Assembly: GCA_963847445.1 (NCBI GenBank)
Contig: CAWJZV010000007.1
Span: 96,001-160,000 of the forward strand
Direction: 5' to 3'
Length of the DNA: 64,000 nucleotides
Origin: an uncultured delta proteobacterium
GTDB taxonomy: Bacteria; Desulfobacterota; Binatia; UBA9968
Positions 24,533 through 36,004 of this stretch are shown one piece after another (within the stretch, counting starts at the first letter, position 1; each line of letters begins with the position of its first letter). Below the pieces are notes generated by a model. That model made no database searches, was not told where the DNA came from, and saw only the letters and a list, made by a program, of their open reading frames with translations. Made by a program: the position numbers and the translations under genes.

Positions 24533-25673
24533 ATGCGTGTCATCGATGCCGACGGCCATGTTGAAGAAAATCCGCTTACTTTTAGCGACAAGTACTTCGA
24601 CCCGGCCTTTCGCGCCCATCGTCCAGTCGTCGTTCCGGGAACCGAAGAAGGCCTCGCCTATTGGATGATCGACGAGCAGTTGTTTCCGCGCCGCGTCGGC
24701 CGCGGCTGCAATAACCTCGGCACGCCGGCAAGTTATAACGGCAAACCGGTGCGCCATGCCCAGCGCAAGCCCGATACCCTCGGCAGCATGGAGCTGACTA
24801 ACTTGAAGCGAGCGGCTGCAGATCATGGACGAGGAGAACATCGACCTCCAAGTGCTTTATCCGACGCTGTTCCTCGCCTATCCGCTGAGCAGCAATCCCG
24901 CTTACACCAGCGCCATGTGCCACGCCTATAATCGCTGGCTCGGCGACGTGCTTGTCCGGCCAGGAGCGGTTGAAGTGGGTCGGCGTGGCCAATCTCGACG
25001 ACATTCCCGGCGCGGTAAAACAAGTTAAGGAAGCGAAACAGCTCGGCGCCGTCGGCATGATGATCCTCGGCACGGCCGGCGATCGGCTGCTCGACGACGA
25101 TAGTCTGTTGCCGTTTTACGAAGCGGTCGCCAGTGAAGAGCTGCCGTTAGCGGTTCATGTCGGCTGGGCCTGCCCGGCGCTCAATAATCTCTACACCCAT
25201 ATTTATCCGTCCGGCGTGATTCCGTTCTTGATGCCGGTGCTCATGGGCATGGTGTCGATGATGAGCGGCGGCATCTTCGACCGGTATCCCGAATCTGCGC
25301 GTGGTCTATCTCGAAGCCGGCTGCCTGTGGGTTCATTTCATTCTCGAGCGGCTGCATCATCGCTTCGAGCATTCGGGGAAAAACCTTGCCAACGTCGTGT
25401 CGCGCACCGCGCCGATCGAAAAGCTTGCGCCGATGGATTACATCAAGCAGGGCAACATTTATTTCAGCTCGGAAGTGGAAGACGTTCTGTTGCCGCATGT
25501 GCTGGATCTAGTCGGCGACGGGCAAATGATGTTCGCCTCCGACATGCCCCATGGCGACCGCGAACGTTTCGCCGCCAAGACGCTGCAGGATCGCCAGCGA
25601 TATCAGCGCCGCGGCCAAGACCAAGATCCTGGAAGCCAATCCAGCGAAGTTTTATCGCTTACCGGGTTTCTAG
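24533..25673 (+). CDS. Amidohydrolase_2 family protein, frameshifted
   Basis: IDADGHVEE, MDEENID..VLYPT, YLEAG, FASDMPHGD. Confidence 0.85.
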
Positions 25674-25789
25674 CAGCTCGCGAAGGATCAGATTAAATTC
25701 AACCAATCGATGCGGCGAGAGTTCACCTCGCTCTCGGCTACGTTACCTCCGATAAACGCGTAGTGTTTCTGCAACCAAATTTATCGTCA

Positions 25790-26650
25790 ATGGCCGAATA
25801 CTACGCCTTCCAAGCCGCACTCTGTTTCTCCATCGCGCATATCTTTGTCCGCCGTGGTTTAGATGGCTCCAATGCATTCACTGGGTCGGTGATCTCTCTG
25901 GGCACCAGTACGGTGATTTTCTGGACCCTTGCCAGTCTGTTGGCGCCGCTTTCGTTGTTGGCTCCCCGACGATCGGCTACTTCATGGCCGGCGGCTTCTT
26001 TGCCCCGGCCATCGGTCAAACCTTGGGTTACATCGGCATGGAACGCATCGGCGTGGCGCGCTCCTCGCCGATCGTCAATACCTCGCCGATGTTTTCATCG
26101 ATCTTCGCCGTGCTATTTGCTCGGCGAGATTTGGCTGGCACAAAATATCCTCGGCACCTGTCTGGTCATTTTAGGTGTCGTCATCCTATCGACCAGCCGG
26201 CCGGCGAGCGGAGAGTGGGACAAAAAGGATGTTATCTACCCGCTCTTGGCCGCTCTCGCATTCGGTATCTCAACGACGCTCCGCAAGAGCGGCTTGATGG
26301 CGATTCACGTGCCGTTGCTGGCCGCCGCTGTAACCGTGGGCACGGCCTTTGTCGTTCTACTCGCCATCGTTTGGTTCAGGGGCGGCAGCGCCGTCTTACG
26401 CTTTAACCGACAAAGCAGCGCTTGGCTCTTCGGCGGCGCGCTGATTAACAGCGCGGCGATCCTGTCGTTCTTCTCCGCGCTCAACGTCGGCACCGTCGTT
26501 CGGGTGGAACCGCTGGTCGCCTGCAATCCGCTATTGACCCTAGTCTGGGCTTCGATCTTTCTTCGGCAATTGGAGACGCTTTCCTGGCGGGTTGTGGCCG
26601 GCGCGCTGGTGACGGTGGCGGGTACGGTGCTGGTGGTAACGGTGCAATAA
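25790..26650 (+). CDS. EamA/DMT transporter
   Basis: About 10 TM segments; RIGVARSSP, VEPLVACNPL. Confidence 0.8.
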   Translation: MAEYYAFQAALCFSIAHIFVRRGLDGSNAFTGSVISLGTSTVIFWTLASLLAPLSLLAPRRSATSWPAASLPRPSVKPWVTSAWNASAWRAPRRSSIPRRCFHRSSPCYLLGEIWLAQNILGTCLVILGVVILSTSRPASGEWDKKDVIYPLLAALAFGISTTLRKSGLMAIHVPLLAAAVTVGTAFVVLLAIVWFRGGSAVLRFNRQSSAWLFGGALINSAAILSFFSALNVGTVVRVEPLVACNPLLTLVWASIFLRQLETLSWRVVAGALVTVAGTVLVVTVQ

Positions 26651-27521
26651 ATGAACTTGGCTGTCTATTTTTCATTTCAAGCCGCGCTGTGCTTTTCCAT
26701 CGCGCATATTCTGATTCGCCGCGGTCTTGGTCGATTCCAACGCCATGACCGGTTCGCTGATATCGCTAACCATGAGCGCGGTGGTGCTGTGGTGCGCATT
26801 GCCGTTTTTCGTGCCGCTGTCGGCCCTGGCTGAATCCGGCCCTGCTGATATTTGTCGCGGCGGGAGTTTTCGCCCCAGGAATCGGCCGCACGCTCAGTTA
26901 CGTCGGCATCGAGAAAATCGGCGTCGCCCGCTCGGTGCCGATCGCCAACTCATCGCCGATCTTCGCTTCGATCTTCGCCGTGATCTTTCTCGCCGAAACC
27001 TGGGTGCTGCAAAACATCGTCGGCACGCTGCTGGTGATCGGCGGCGTCATCGTTCTGTCGATGGCCAAGCCAGCCCAGGGCAAGTGGCGCAAGTTCGATG
27101 TGATCTACCCGCTGGTCGGCGCAGTCGCATTCGGGGTTTCGGCGATCTTGCGCAAAGCAGGTCTGGAACTGGTTAACATTCCGCTTCTGGCCGCCGCCGT
27201 CACTGCCGGAATCGCGGCGTTGTTTTCTTTTGCGCTGCTGCAAATCCAGGGCGGCAGGCAAAGTTTTCAAACTGACCCGCCGCAGCGCGTCGTGGCTATT
27301 TACCGCCGGGGTCTTCAATACCGCTGCCATGCTGTCGGTGTTCTTTGCGCTCAGCCACGGCAAAGTGGTTATCGTCGAGCCCTTGGTCAGTTCCAATCCG
27401 GTGATGACACTTCTTGCTCACGTCAATCTTTCTCCGCGATGTCGAGTCCTTGACCTTGCGCGTCCTCATCGGCGCCGCCTTGACGGTCACCGGAACGATC
27501 CTGGTCGTGCTCGTCAAGTGA
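26651..27521 (+). CDS. EamA/DMT transporter, tandem paralog, frameshifted
   Basis: Shares FQAALCFSIAHI N-terminus and KIGVARS, VEPLVSSNP with the upstream gene. Confidence 0.8.
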
Positions 27522-27588
27522 GCGGTTTTAATTCGAATTTCCAAGGTGATATGACTGTCGAGAAGAAATCTCTGGAGGGCTCACGGTA

Positions 27589-28728
27589 ATGTCCAAAGCG
27601 ATGCAAGCGGAAAGAAGAATGTGGAGCAAGTTTTACTCCTACGACGAGTGGATGGAGGCCCAGGGAATTCCCATCTACCGCGGTTACTACATCGAAGACC
27701 TGCGGACATTGGAATTGAAATGGTGGGACGCCCGCGAGTGTAACTCGGCTTTCATCCAACTGGTCGGCCAGGAAGGGGTCACTTCGGCGCGCGTCACCGA
27801 GATTCCTCCCGGTAAAAGTCTACCGCCGCTGAAATTCGCCCTCGATGAAATCGTCTACGTCGTCGAGGGGCGTGGCCTCAGTACGATTTGGGCCGGCGAG
27901 AAACGGCCGAAGAAAACATTCGAGTGGCAAAAACACAGCATGTTTCTGCTGCCGCACAACTATACCCATCAGTTCACCAACATGCAGGGCGACAAGCCGG
28001 TGCGCTTGCTGCATTACAATTACATGCCGCTGACCTTGTCCGGCGTGCGCGATGTCAATTTTATCTTCGGCAATGGCTACGAGGGCGCCGACATTCAGAA
28101 CGAGATGGATTTTTATTCCGAAGCCAAGATGGTCTCGCAAAACAATCTCGACGAGAGCTGGGGCCGGCGCGCCTACTGGTACGGCAACTTTTTTCCTGAC
28201 ATGAAAGCCTGGGATAAGCTCGATAGCAACGCCCGGCGCGGCGCCGGCGGGCGCAGCGTTTATATTCAGTTCCCCGACTCGGAGATGTCCTGCCACATGT
28301 CGGTGTTCGACGCGCGCTTATACAAAAAAGCCCACCGCCATGGTCCCGGCCGGGTGATCGTCATTCCCGTCGGCGAAGGCTACTCGATCATGTGGGAAGA
28401 GGGCAAAGACAAAGTCGTCGTGCCCTGGCATGAAGCGAGTCTGTTCGTGCCGCCGAATAAATGGTTTCACCAGCACTTCAACGCCGGCGGCGAGCCGGCG
28501 CGCTACCTGGCGCTCCATCCGCCCATGCAGTTCCACGGCCACGCGGAAAAGGTCGAAGACCGCGCCAAAGACCAGATCGAATACTGCAACGAAGACAAAT
28601 GGGTGCGCGAAAAATTCGAAGGCGAAATGGCCAAACGCGGGATTACGTCATTAATGCCGCCCGAAGCCTACACCGATCCGAACTTCGAATGGAACTGGAA
28701 ACCGTTCGTCCAGCAAAACCAAAAGTAA
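27589..28728 (+). CDS. Double cupin-domain protein
   Basis: EIVYVVEGRG, KAHRHGPG, WFHQHFN. Confidence 0.8.
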   Translation: MSKAMQAERRMWSKFYSYDEWMEAQGIPIYRGYYIEDLRTLELKWWDARECNSAFIQLVGQEGVTSARVTEIPPGKSLPPLKFALDEIVYVVEGRGLSTIWAGEKRPKKTFEWQKHSMFLLPHNYTHQFTNMQGDKPVRLLHYNYMPLTLSGVRDVNFIFGNGYEGADIQNEMDFYSEAKMVSQNNLDESWGRRAYWYGNFFPDMKAWDKLDSNARRGAGGRSVYIQFPDSEMSCHMSVFDARLYKKAHRHGPGRVIVIPVGEGYSIMWEEGKDKVVVPWHEASLFVPPNKWFHQHFNAGGEPARYLALHPPMQFHGHAEKVEDRAKDQIEYCNEDKWVREKFEGEMAKRGITSLMPPEAYTDPNFEWNWKPFVQQNQK

Positions 28729-28942
28729 GCTGTCACAGTTTTCACGGCGCAAAACAAAAAGCCCCACACCGAGTGCGATATGGTCAACACAACCATTCCG
28801 GAATGGCAACAAAATGCTACGGATAGGTACGGATATTATCGGAGCCGCAACCGGAGCGGGCCGACGCTAAATGTTCGCCAGGCAACATTTAGCGATTCGA
28901 AGACCAGCGCAATCTGTCAATCTGACCCGCCAGTGACCCGAA

Positions 28943-29287
28943 CTATTTGCCGTCGTCGATGCTGACGACGATGATTGCGTTGGCAATCAGCCAACCGTCA
29001 TCGCCCTTTTCATTGAGGACCTGCAGTCCGCCCTGGACGACGTTGACGTGGCCGCCACCGTGCGGCAGCGATTCCAGCACCGCCTGGCGATCCACCGCCT
29101 CGGGTTTGGGCACGCCGATAGTTACGTCCACCCGCATATCGTCTGCGGTCTTGCCCACCAGTCGCGGAAATCCCAAGCTGCTGTGGTGAATCGCATCGAA
29201 TACCGCCCGCTTGGCAGCAGCGGTGTAATCCAATCCGTGTACATCCACTCCCATACCCATTTCTGTAACGCACCGTACCAAGGCCAT
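28943..29287 (-). CDS. Lin0512-family protein
   Basis: EMGMGVDVHG.DYT.AA.RAV.DAI.HSS, LPHG. Confidence 0.85.
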   Translation of the reverse strand: MALVRCVTEMGMGVDVHGLDYTAAAKRAVFDAIHHSSLGFPRLVGKTADDMRVDVTIGVPKPEAVDRQAVLESLPHGGGHVNVVQGGLQVLNEKGDDGWLIANAIIVVSIDDGK

Positions 29288-29418
29288 GCTAGTCACCTCC
29301 ACCTGCTAGATCCAGTCGAACCGATTCTTTGTTGCTATTCTTCATTGCGCTGTTGGTAGTTTATCGCGAGTAACCCACCACGATGGGCACGAAGGGTTCG
29401 GCTGACCAAATCTCCAAA

Positions 29419-29443
29419 GAGGGCGGGTTTCAAACCCGACCCT
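29419..29443. repeat. REP-like hairpin
   Basis: GAGGGCGGGTTTCAAACCCGACCCT palindrome in an intergenic gap. Confidence 0.55.
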
Positions 29444-29575
29444 GCGCTTGTCCGGCCGACGGACGGTCTCCAGACGTCTTGTTTCTGCGCAACGCTTTGA
29501 ACTGGAGCGAATGCGGTAAACACTCCGAATCCGACTCTTTCATTTTGTTATCGGCGCCCGCTCGTCGCCTTGCTG

Positions 29576-30481
29576 CTACGCGTTCAGGTTGACGAGATCG
29601 TTCGCGCACGGCGCGGTCTCGAGGAAATCCCAGCTCTTCATCCAATCGTAGGTGCGTTGAAGTTCATCGGCCGGTATCGGCGCTGGATCGACCAGATAGA
29701 GGCGGCTCTCGCGCAGATCGTCAATCGTAAGCTGGCTGATCTGCGGATCCTTATCGCGATAGTAGTCGATGAAGTAGTGCATATAGGCGCGCTTGTTCGC
29801 CATGACACGCCGGACCGCCTCGCGGATCGCGCGGTTGAAGGCGGCGTAAGTTTCAGCATCGACACGATCGGACGCCACATCGGTGCCGTGGTGGAAAGCG
29901 GAAATAACCACCCGGCAGCCGATTTTTTCCGCCAACGAAATATACGGTTCGGTCAGGGTCGTCGCTTCGATGGTCTTATCCATCAGCATCTTGAAGCGGT
30001 AATTGGAGCCATTCGGCACCCGGCCGATCTTGATCAGCTCGCGCGGCACGAAGCCTTCCAGCATCTGCAAAGCCAGGTAGTGCGTGCCGCTGTAAAAGGG
30101 GATGCCGATCTGCACGTTGGCGAATTGCTGGGGCACCTGCACCGGCGAATCGGCGCGGACGACGAGGGCGGCGAAATTCACCATGGAACGACGGCCAAGC
30201 TGCCGGCTGCCAACGCTGGAGGTTTCTACCCTCGAGTAATTGCCCCACTCGCAAGCGTTGTAGAGGTCAGCCTGGCCGGATTCCATCATGCGGCCGTGGC
30301 TGGTGTAACGCGAGGCGTCCTTATGATCGGTGATGTGCAGCTGCGGGTTCTTGTCGAGGCCTTTCTCACGGTCCAGCCACTCGATCTGGATGCCTTCTTT
30401 CTCGAACAGACCCTCGTCATAGGCCACCAGCTCGGCCAAGCCTTGGAACGGCGCAGTGGTTTCCAATCGCAGTGTCTTCAT
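29576..30481 (-). CDS. Binding-protein-like (NMT1/THI5-type) protein without obvious signal peptide
   Basis: VAYDEGLFEKEGI motif; GGAG RBS. Confidence 0.65.
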   Translation of the reverse strand: MKTLRLETTAPFQGLAELVAYDEGLFEKEGIQIEWLDREKGLDKNPQLHITDHKDASRYTSHGRMMESGQADLYNACEWGNYSRVETSSVGSRQLGRRSMVNFAALVVRADSPVQVPQQFANVQIGIPFYSGTHYLALQMLEGFVPRELIKIGRVPNGSNYRFKMLMDKTIEATTLTEPYISLAEKIGCRVVISAFHHGTDVASDRVDAETYAAFNRAIREAVRRVMANKRAYMHYFIDYYRDKDPQISQLTIDDLRESRLYLVDPAPIPADELQRTYDWMKSWDFLETAPCANDLVNLNA

Positions 30482-30697
30482 AGATTCCTCTCCATGGGGC
30501 GTCAGCTAACTTCCTTGTATATAGTGGCATTCTAACTTCTGTCAAACCACCCTTGCGGGTAGAAAATCCTGGCATCGACAATGACTCAGTTAAAACTTGA
30601 AATGAACGCTTGGGATAAGTCCAGAATACAAGTTCGGTTCGGATGGCGGAAGTCATTGGGGCACGCACTTTCGTCTCGGTCCAAGAATCAGAGGGGT

Positions 30698-30956
30698 CCG
30701 CCGCCGGGGTCGACACCATGTAGCTGGTAGTGGTCGCTCATCAAAAAAGGCATTGATCTCAACTTTCCAGAGCCGGGCGAACTCGGCGAATCAGTCGAGA
30801 AAACTTTGCCGTCCTTGGTCTTGCAGAAAGAGGTCCCGGCGCGATTGGCATGATTAATAACGTGGTAGAACGCCCCCGGGAATTCAATGCGCAGCTGGTC
30901 CATGCGGATCGTTTATTTCATGCCCGGTCGTCCGTGAAGAGTTAAACGTAGACTTG
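30698..30956 (-). mobile_element. Decayed RAYT N-terminal stub A with conserved upstream end
   Basis: LRIEFPGAFYHVIN...HY.L.VSTPAA; upstream sequence shared with stubs C and D. Confidence 0.8.
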
Positions 30957-31133
30957 TTTTTGTTCCGCCGCGGATGCAGTTTCCCCGCGCGGAAAATTAC
31001 TAGCTGCAGGCTTTGACTTTAGCGACCGCGAATCCTATTAGGTAGCCTTGCGGGGGAATTGGCGGTGCGCCGAATTCACCGACTCGACCGCGCATCTGTC
31101 CACCTAACTCCAGCGCGAAGAAAGGTGATCGCG

Positions 31134-32195
31134 ATGAGAACTGGAAATGCTCGTTTAGATGCAATTGCTGGGTTGGCGATTGGCATATCTTTGGCGATGC
31201 CGCAGTGGGCTTTCGGGCAGGCGTCGTTTTATGAGGGCAAGACGATTACGATCATCCAGGCGCGCGCGGCCGGCGGCACGGGAGACCTGCGCGTGCGCGC
31301 GCAGACGCCGTTTCTGCGAAAATATCTTCCGGGCAATCCGACCATCGTTCACGAGTTCATGGATGGCGGCGGCGGCCGAAAAGCCGCCAATCACATATAT
31401 CGAACGGCCCGCCCGGACGGCCTGACCATCGGTGCCATGACGCCGGGATTTGTGCCGAGCGCTGTGCTTGGCGAGACCGGTGTTTTATACGACCTCGACA
31501 AAACCATTTATCTAGGCTCCCCCGACGGCGGCGCTCAATGGATCTTCGCGACGCGCAAAGCTCTCGGCGCCGACAGTTTAGCCAAACTACGGGCCCTATC
31601 GGGATTGCGCATCGGCGCCCAGGCAGTGGGGCATCCGATTTATCTTACCGGCCGCCTGTTCGCCTACTTGCTCGGCCTCAAGGATCCGAGATTCGTCACG
31701 GGTTACACCACGCAGGAAATCGATATCGCGTTGCTGCGCGGCGAGGTGGACGGCAGATCTAACCTGGCTGAGACCGTCGTCCATCGCAGCCCCGAGTGGA
31801 TTTCCAAGCAGCTCGTCGACTTCCACGCGATCATCGAAGTGCAAAAAGGCATCCGGCCGTCTCAGTTTGCCCAGGTGCCCGAGCTCGAGACCTTCACTAA
31901 AACGGATCTTGACAGAAAGATCCTGGCGCTGCTGCGCGGATTCCGGGCCACCGGATCGCCCAACATTCTGCCGCCGGGAACGCCCAAAGACCGGGTGCAA
32001 ATTCTCCAAGAAGCGATGCGCAAAACTTTCAGAGACCCGGAATTTCACAAGGAATTTAAGAAGCTCGCCGGCGACGACGCGGCGCCGCTGATGGCCGAGG
32101 AGTTGGAGAAGGCGATCACAGACATGCCACGGGAACCAGAGGTTATCGAAGCATTCAAAAAACTTTCCGGCGCCGATCCCTTGCCGGCGCGGTAA
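31134..32195 (+). CDS. Tripartite tricarboxylate transporter substrate-binding protein (TctC/Bug-like)
   Basis: FYEGKTITI, GGTGD, LPGNP, PDGLT, PPGTPKDR. Confidence 0.85.
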   Translation: MRTGNARLDAIAGLAIGISLAMPQWAFGQASFYEGKTITIIQARAAGGTGDLRVRAQTPFLRKYLPGNPTIVHEFMDGGGGRKAANHIYRTARPDGLTIGAMTPGFVPSAVLGETGVLYDLDKTIYLGSPDGGAQWIFATRKALGADSLAKLRALSGLRIGAQAVGHPIYLTGRLFAYLLGLKDPRFVTGYTTQEIDIALLRGEVDGRSNLAETVVHRSPEWISKQLVDFHAIIEVQKGIRPSQFAQVPELETFTKTDLDRKILALLRGFRATGSPNILPPGTPKDRVQILQEAMRKTFRDPEFHKEFKKLAGDDAAPLMAEELEKAITDMPREPEVIEAFKKLSGADPLPAR

Positions 32196-32230
32196 GCTGT
32201 CGCAATCTTTCGACTTTCGTCCGGCGTAAT

Positions 32231-32278
32231 GGGGTCGTTTCCTGCATTGCCACATACATGCGATAGCAAGACCTAATC
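32231..32278. repeat. Degenerate REPIN (inverted REP pair)
   Basis: GGGGTCgtttccTGCATTGCCACAT-ac-ATGcGatAGCAAGACCTAATC. Confidence 0.65.
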
Positions 32279-32419
32279 TTTTCGACTTCGTATTCGTTCC
32301 AACCCGTCAAATCGTTTGTGCGAGTTGACAGAACGCCGGCCGTGCGGCTATTTTCCGCGAGAACAGCGCGCGCCGACAGTGCGCGATCTAGGGGCAGCCA
32401 ACGGAAGGGAAAAGATACC

Positions 32420-33607
32420 ATGAAACGAAGCAGCGAAAGAATTCTCACGTCCCATGTCGGCAGCCTGGCCCGAGCCGACTCCCTGATACCTCTGCTGCGG
32501 CTAAAAGAACAGGGACAGCCTTACGACCGCGACGAGCTCGCGCGGCGGGTGCGCGAGGCGGTAACCGACGTGGTGCGGCAACAGGTCGAAGCGGGCATCG
32601 ATATTGTCACCGACGGCGAGCAGGGCAAATCGAGCTTCTACGGCTATGTCGTCGAACGCTTCAGCGGCTTCGAGCGCAAGCCGCCCGCTCCGGGCAACGA
32701 GATGCGACCGCGGTCGGCGGGCAGGGAATATCTCGCTTTTCCCGACTACTACGCCTGGTCCGAACGCATCGCCGAACCGTTTGGCGGGCGCGGCGGGCGC
32801 GGGCGCGGCGTCGATACTTGCACCGGGCCGGTCAGCTATAAAGGCCACGCGGCGGTTCAGGCCGACATCGCCAATCTCAAAGCGGCGACAAAAGGCCGCA
32901 CCATCGAGGACGTCTTCATGCCTGCGATCTCGTCTGCCTACGTCGCGGCGACTTTTGCCAACGAATACTATCGCTCCCACGCAGAGTATGAGAAGGCCGT
33001 ATCCGACGCGCTGCGCGAAGAGTACAAGGCGATCGTCGACGCCGGATTCATTCTCCAGATCGACGATCCGCGCCTGGTCACCTATTATATGATGCACCCG
33101 GAGCTTAGCGTCGCCGACTGCCGGAAGTGGGCGGCCGAGCGCGTCGAAGTCATCAACGACTCGCTCCGCGGCATCCCGTCCGAGAAGGTCCGCTTTCATA
33201 CCTGCTACAGCATCGATGTCGGTCCGCGCATCCACGAGATGGCGCTGAAGGACATCGTCGACATCCTTCTGCAGATTAACGCCGGCGCCTATTCGTTCGA
33301 AGCGGCGAACCCGCGGCACGAACACGAATACCATGTCTTCGAGCGCGTCAAGCTGCCCGCCGGTAAGATCCTCATGCCGGGCGTGATCAGCCATACCACC
33401 AACCTGGTGGAGCACCCGGAATTGATCGCCGAACGAATCGTGCGGTTCGCAAAAATAGTCGGGCGTGAGAACGTCATCGCGGCAGCCGACTGCGGCTTTG
33501 CCGCCTCCGCTCTGCGCTTCAACGATACCCATCCCAGCGTGGCCTGGCTTAAGTTTGCCGCGTTGGCGGAGGGCGCCCGATTGGCGACCCGCGAGCTGTG
33601 GAATTGA
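32420..33607 (+). CDS. Cobalamin-independent methionine synthase II-family (single-barrel) protein
   Basis: THVGSL-like motif, TDGE.GK, LQIDDP, FHTC, EAANPRHEHE, ADCGF. Confidence 0.88.
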   Translation: MKRSSERILTSHVGSLARADSLIPLLRLKEQGQPYDRDELARRVREAVTDVVRQQVEAGIDIVTDGEQGKSSFYGYVVERFSGFERKPPAPGNEMRPRSAGREYLAFPDYYAWSERIAEPFGGRGGRGRGVDTCTGPVSYKGHAAVQADIANLKAATKGRTIEDVFMPAISSAYVAATFANEYYRSHAEYEKAVSDALREEYKAIVDAGFILQIDDPRLVTYYMMHPELSVADCRKWAAERVEVINDSLRGIPSEKVRFHTCYSIDVGPRIHEMALKDIVDILLQINAGAYSFEAANPRHEHEYHVFERVKLPAGKILMPGVISHTTNLVEHPELIAERIVRFAKIVGRENVIAAADCGFAASALRFNDTHPSVAWLKFAALAEGARLATRELWN

Positions 33608-33789
33608 GTGGCATGAGAGCGCCGCGCTCAAGCGTTATCGTGTCTGGTCAATTTACCGAAGCGGTATCCGCACGGACCAGGAAAGTCGAGAAGTAGAAGT
33701 TTGCCCCCGCGACCGAGAACTGGCGAATCTGAGTTCCGGCGTCCCGACCGATCACAGAAAGTGGGGCAGAGCCCTGTTCTTTTCGGTCA

Positions 33790-35643
33790 TCATTCTCCGT
33801 CTGCGGTTGTTTGACTATGGGCGTTCCATAGCACCGCAACGCCGACCAGGCTCGACACTATCGAAGCGGTGAACACAGCGATCTTGGCGGCGGCGAAATC
33901 GCTGGGCACCGGGAACGCCTGGCCCGAGATGAAAAGCGACATGGTAAAGCCGATACCGGCGAGCGCGCCGGCGCCGGCGAGTTGCCGCCAGGAATATGCG
34001 TTGGGCTTTTGCGCAAGCCCCGCCCGCACGGCCAAAGCCGACGCCGCAATGAATCCCAACGGCTTGCCGATCACCAGCCCAAGCGTGATCGCCAGCAGGA
34101 GTGGTTCACGGCCGCTCAGGACATCCGGCGTTATCGCCACACCCGCGTTCGCTAATGCAAAGATCGGCAGCACGAGATAGCTCGAACGCGGGCCGACATT
34201 GCGCAACAGCCGGTCCGCCGGAGATTCCAGACGATCATGGATCGCATCCAAGGCGCGCAGCGCGGGCACCGAAGCCCCTTGGCGCAATTGCTCGCCGCCG
34301 TGGCGCGCTTCCGCCGCCAGTATCGTATCCGCCTGCATCGCTAGCGTTCTAAAATCCGGCGGCGGCCGCGTCGGAATAAACGCGGCCAATAAGACGCCGG
34401 CCAACGTCGCGTGCAAACCGCCGGCGTGAACGCAAGCCCACAGGCCGACGCCCAGCAATAGATAAACTGACACGTTATAAACGGCCGATCGGTTCAGCAA
34501 GGCCAGCGCTCCGGTGAACGCTGCCGCAGCGGCGAGGTAGGCAAAATTCACAGCACCGGAATAAAAGAGAGCTACGACGATGATCGCCCCGATGTCGTCG
34601 ACAATCGCGGCCGCGGTCAAAAAGATACGCAGCTCGATCGGCACTCGCCTTCCCATCATCGCGATCAGAGCGACCGCGAAGGCGGTGTCTGTCGCCGTCG
34701 GCACGCCCCAGCCGATGGACCACGGCCCTGGTCGGATGACCAGCAGATAAAGCAGCGCCGGCACCGCCATGCCGCCGATCGCCGCTGCGATCGGCAACGC
34801 CGCGGAGCGCCAGCTAGCCAGATGACCGACGGTGAATTCGCGTTTGATCTCAAGGCCGACGACGAGGAAAAAGATCGTCAGCAGACCGTCATTGACCCAA
34901 TGCAGCAACGACATGCGAAAATCGGACTCGCCGAACGTGAAGCCGAAATAAGTGTGCCAAAATGCATCAAAGCCGGGGCCAAGCGCCGAGTTGGTGAGCC
35001 CAACGGCCAGGACCGACGCCAGCAGCAGCAACACGCCGGTCGAAGGCGCCCAGCTTGCAAAGCTCAGCGCGGCCGTGCGCACGCGATAGCCGAGCGGCGC
35101 GAGCATCGCATCGGAAAAAGAGCTTTCATCCCAGGGGCCGTCGTAGCGCCGTCCGTTGATGAAGAAGGTTGGCGTGAATTGCACACCGCTGGCGCGCGCG
35201 CTCTCGACATCGCGATCAACGCGGGCCTTGGCTCGCTCGATCGTCGCTTGCGTTTCTTGCCCATCTAGCGCATTTTGCCGCGCCAGGCCCAGCTCATCTG
35301 CGACGGCGCGCAGGTCATCCTCGGTCAGGGTTTTCGAGCGTGTCATCAGCGCGACATGGGCATCCCAGAACTTATCGGCATCCGCGATGGATTCGACCAG
35401 TTCGGCGGCGCGCCGGGCAATGTCGCTGCCGGTGATCGGGCGATGCCGGAACACGTAGCGCAGACGATCGCCGAACTCGCCGCGGACCTGGACAATGCGC
35501 TCGTTAGCGGCGCGGCAATGCGGGCAGTCGTAACTGCCATATTCCACAAGCGTGATCGGCGCCTCGTTCGGGCCGAGAATGTGATCCCGCCGGTCGTCCA
35601 CGAGATCATTGAGACGATGGTTCGTTTCGTTTAACCCTGACAT
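33790..35643 (-). CDS. nhaA: Na+/H+ antiporter NhaA with N-terminal DsbA/thioredoxin domain
   Basis: YGSYDCPHC and [12 protein letters not shown], then WVNDGL, GLEIKRE, ATDTAF, IVDD, GIGFTMS. Confidence 0.92.
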   Translation of the reverse strand: MSGLNETNHRLNDLVDDRRDHILGPNEAPITLVEYGSYDCPHCRAANERIVQVRGEFGDRLRYVFRHRPITGSDIARRAAELVESIADADKFWDAHVALMTRSKTLTEDDLRAVADELGLARQNALDGQETQATIERAKARVDRDVESARASGVQFTPTFFINGRRYDGPWDESSFSDAMLAPLGYRVRTAALSFASWAPSTGVLLLLASVLAVGLTNSALGPGFDAFWHTYFGFTFGESDFRMSLLHWVNDGLLTIFFLVVGLEIKREFTVGHLASWRSAALPIAAAIGGMAVPALLYLLVIRPGPWSIGWGVPTATDTAFAVALIAMMGRRVPIELRIFLTAAAIVDDIGAIIVVALFYSGAVNFAYLAAAAAFTGALALLNRSAVYNVSVYLLLGVGLWACVHAGGLHATLAGVLLAAFIPTRPPPDFRTLAMQADTILAAEARHGGEQLRQGASVPALRALDAIHDRLESPADRLLRNVGPRSSYLVLPIFALANAGVAITPDVLSGREPLLLAITLGLVIGKPLGFIAASALAVRAGLAQKPNAYSWRQLAGAGALAGIGFTMSLFISGQAFPVPSDFAAAKIAVFTASIVSSLVGVAVLWNAHSQTTADGE

Positions 35644-36004
35644 CTCAGCTCCAATAATGAGGCATGGCTGGCGTTCTCGTTTATCCCAGGAAACCGCAAC
35701 CCACGACTGCTAGTTTTCCTTCGACCTACCATGCACTAACGGAAATTGGCTCCAGCACCGGCCGGGTTACGCAGTATCGAAGGATGCCCTTCGCCTGGCC
35801 GTCGGCGGCCGTCTGAACCCATCGATCCAATCAGGCAGGTCAGACGACACTAACGTATCGACAAATTTACGCAGCATGGCTGGCGAATTCAAACCCACGA
35901 GGTGATCGCTGGGCCAATGTTTGCGGCTCAAAGAGCGGTGGACGCCTTGTCATGATCGCTTGGTTGGCCGCGTGATTTCATGAGGGAGAGCTAAGGGATG
36001 TGTC

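Noticed and set aside
32330-32419. SAM or cobalamin riboswitch upstream of the MetE-like gene
   Set aside because: The leader is short and lacks recognisable conserved cores; only a possible TTGACA promoter is visible.
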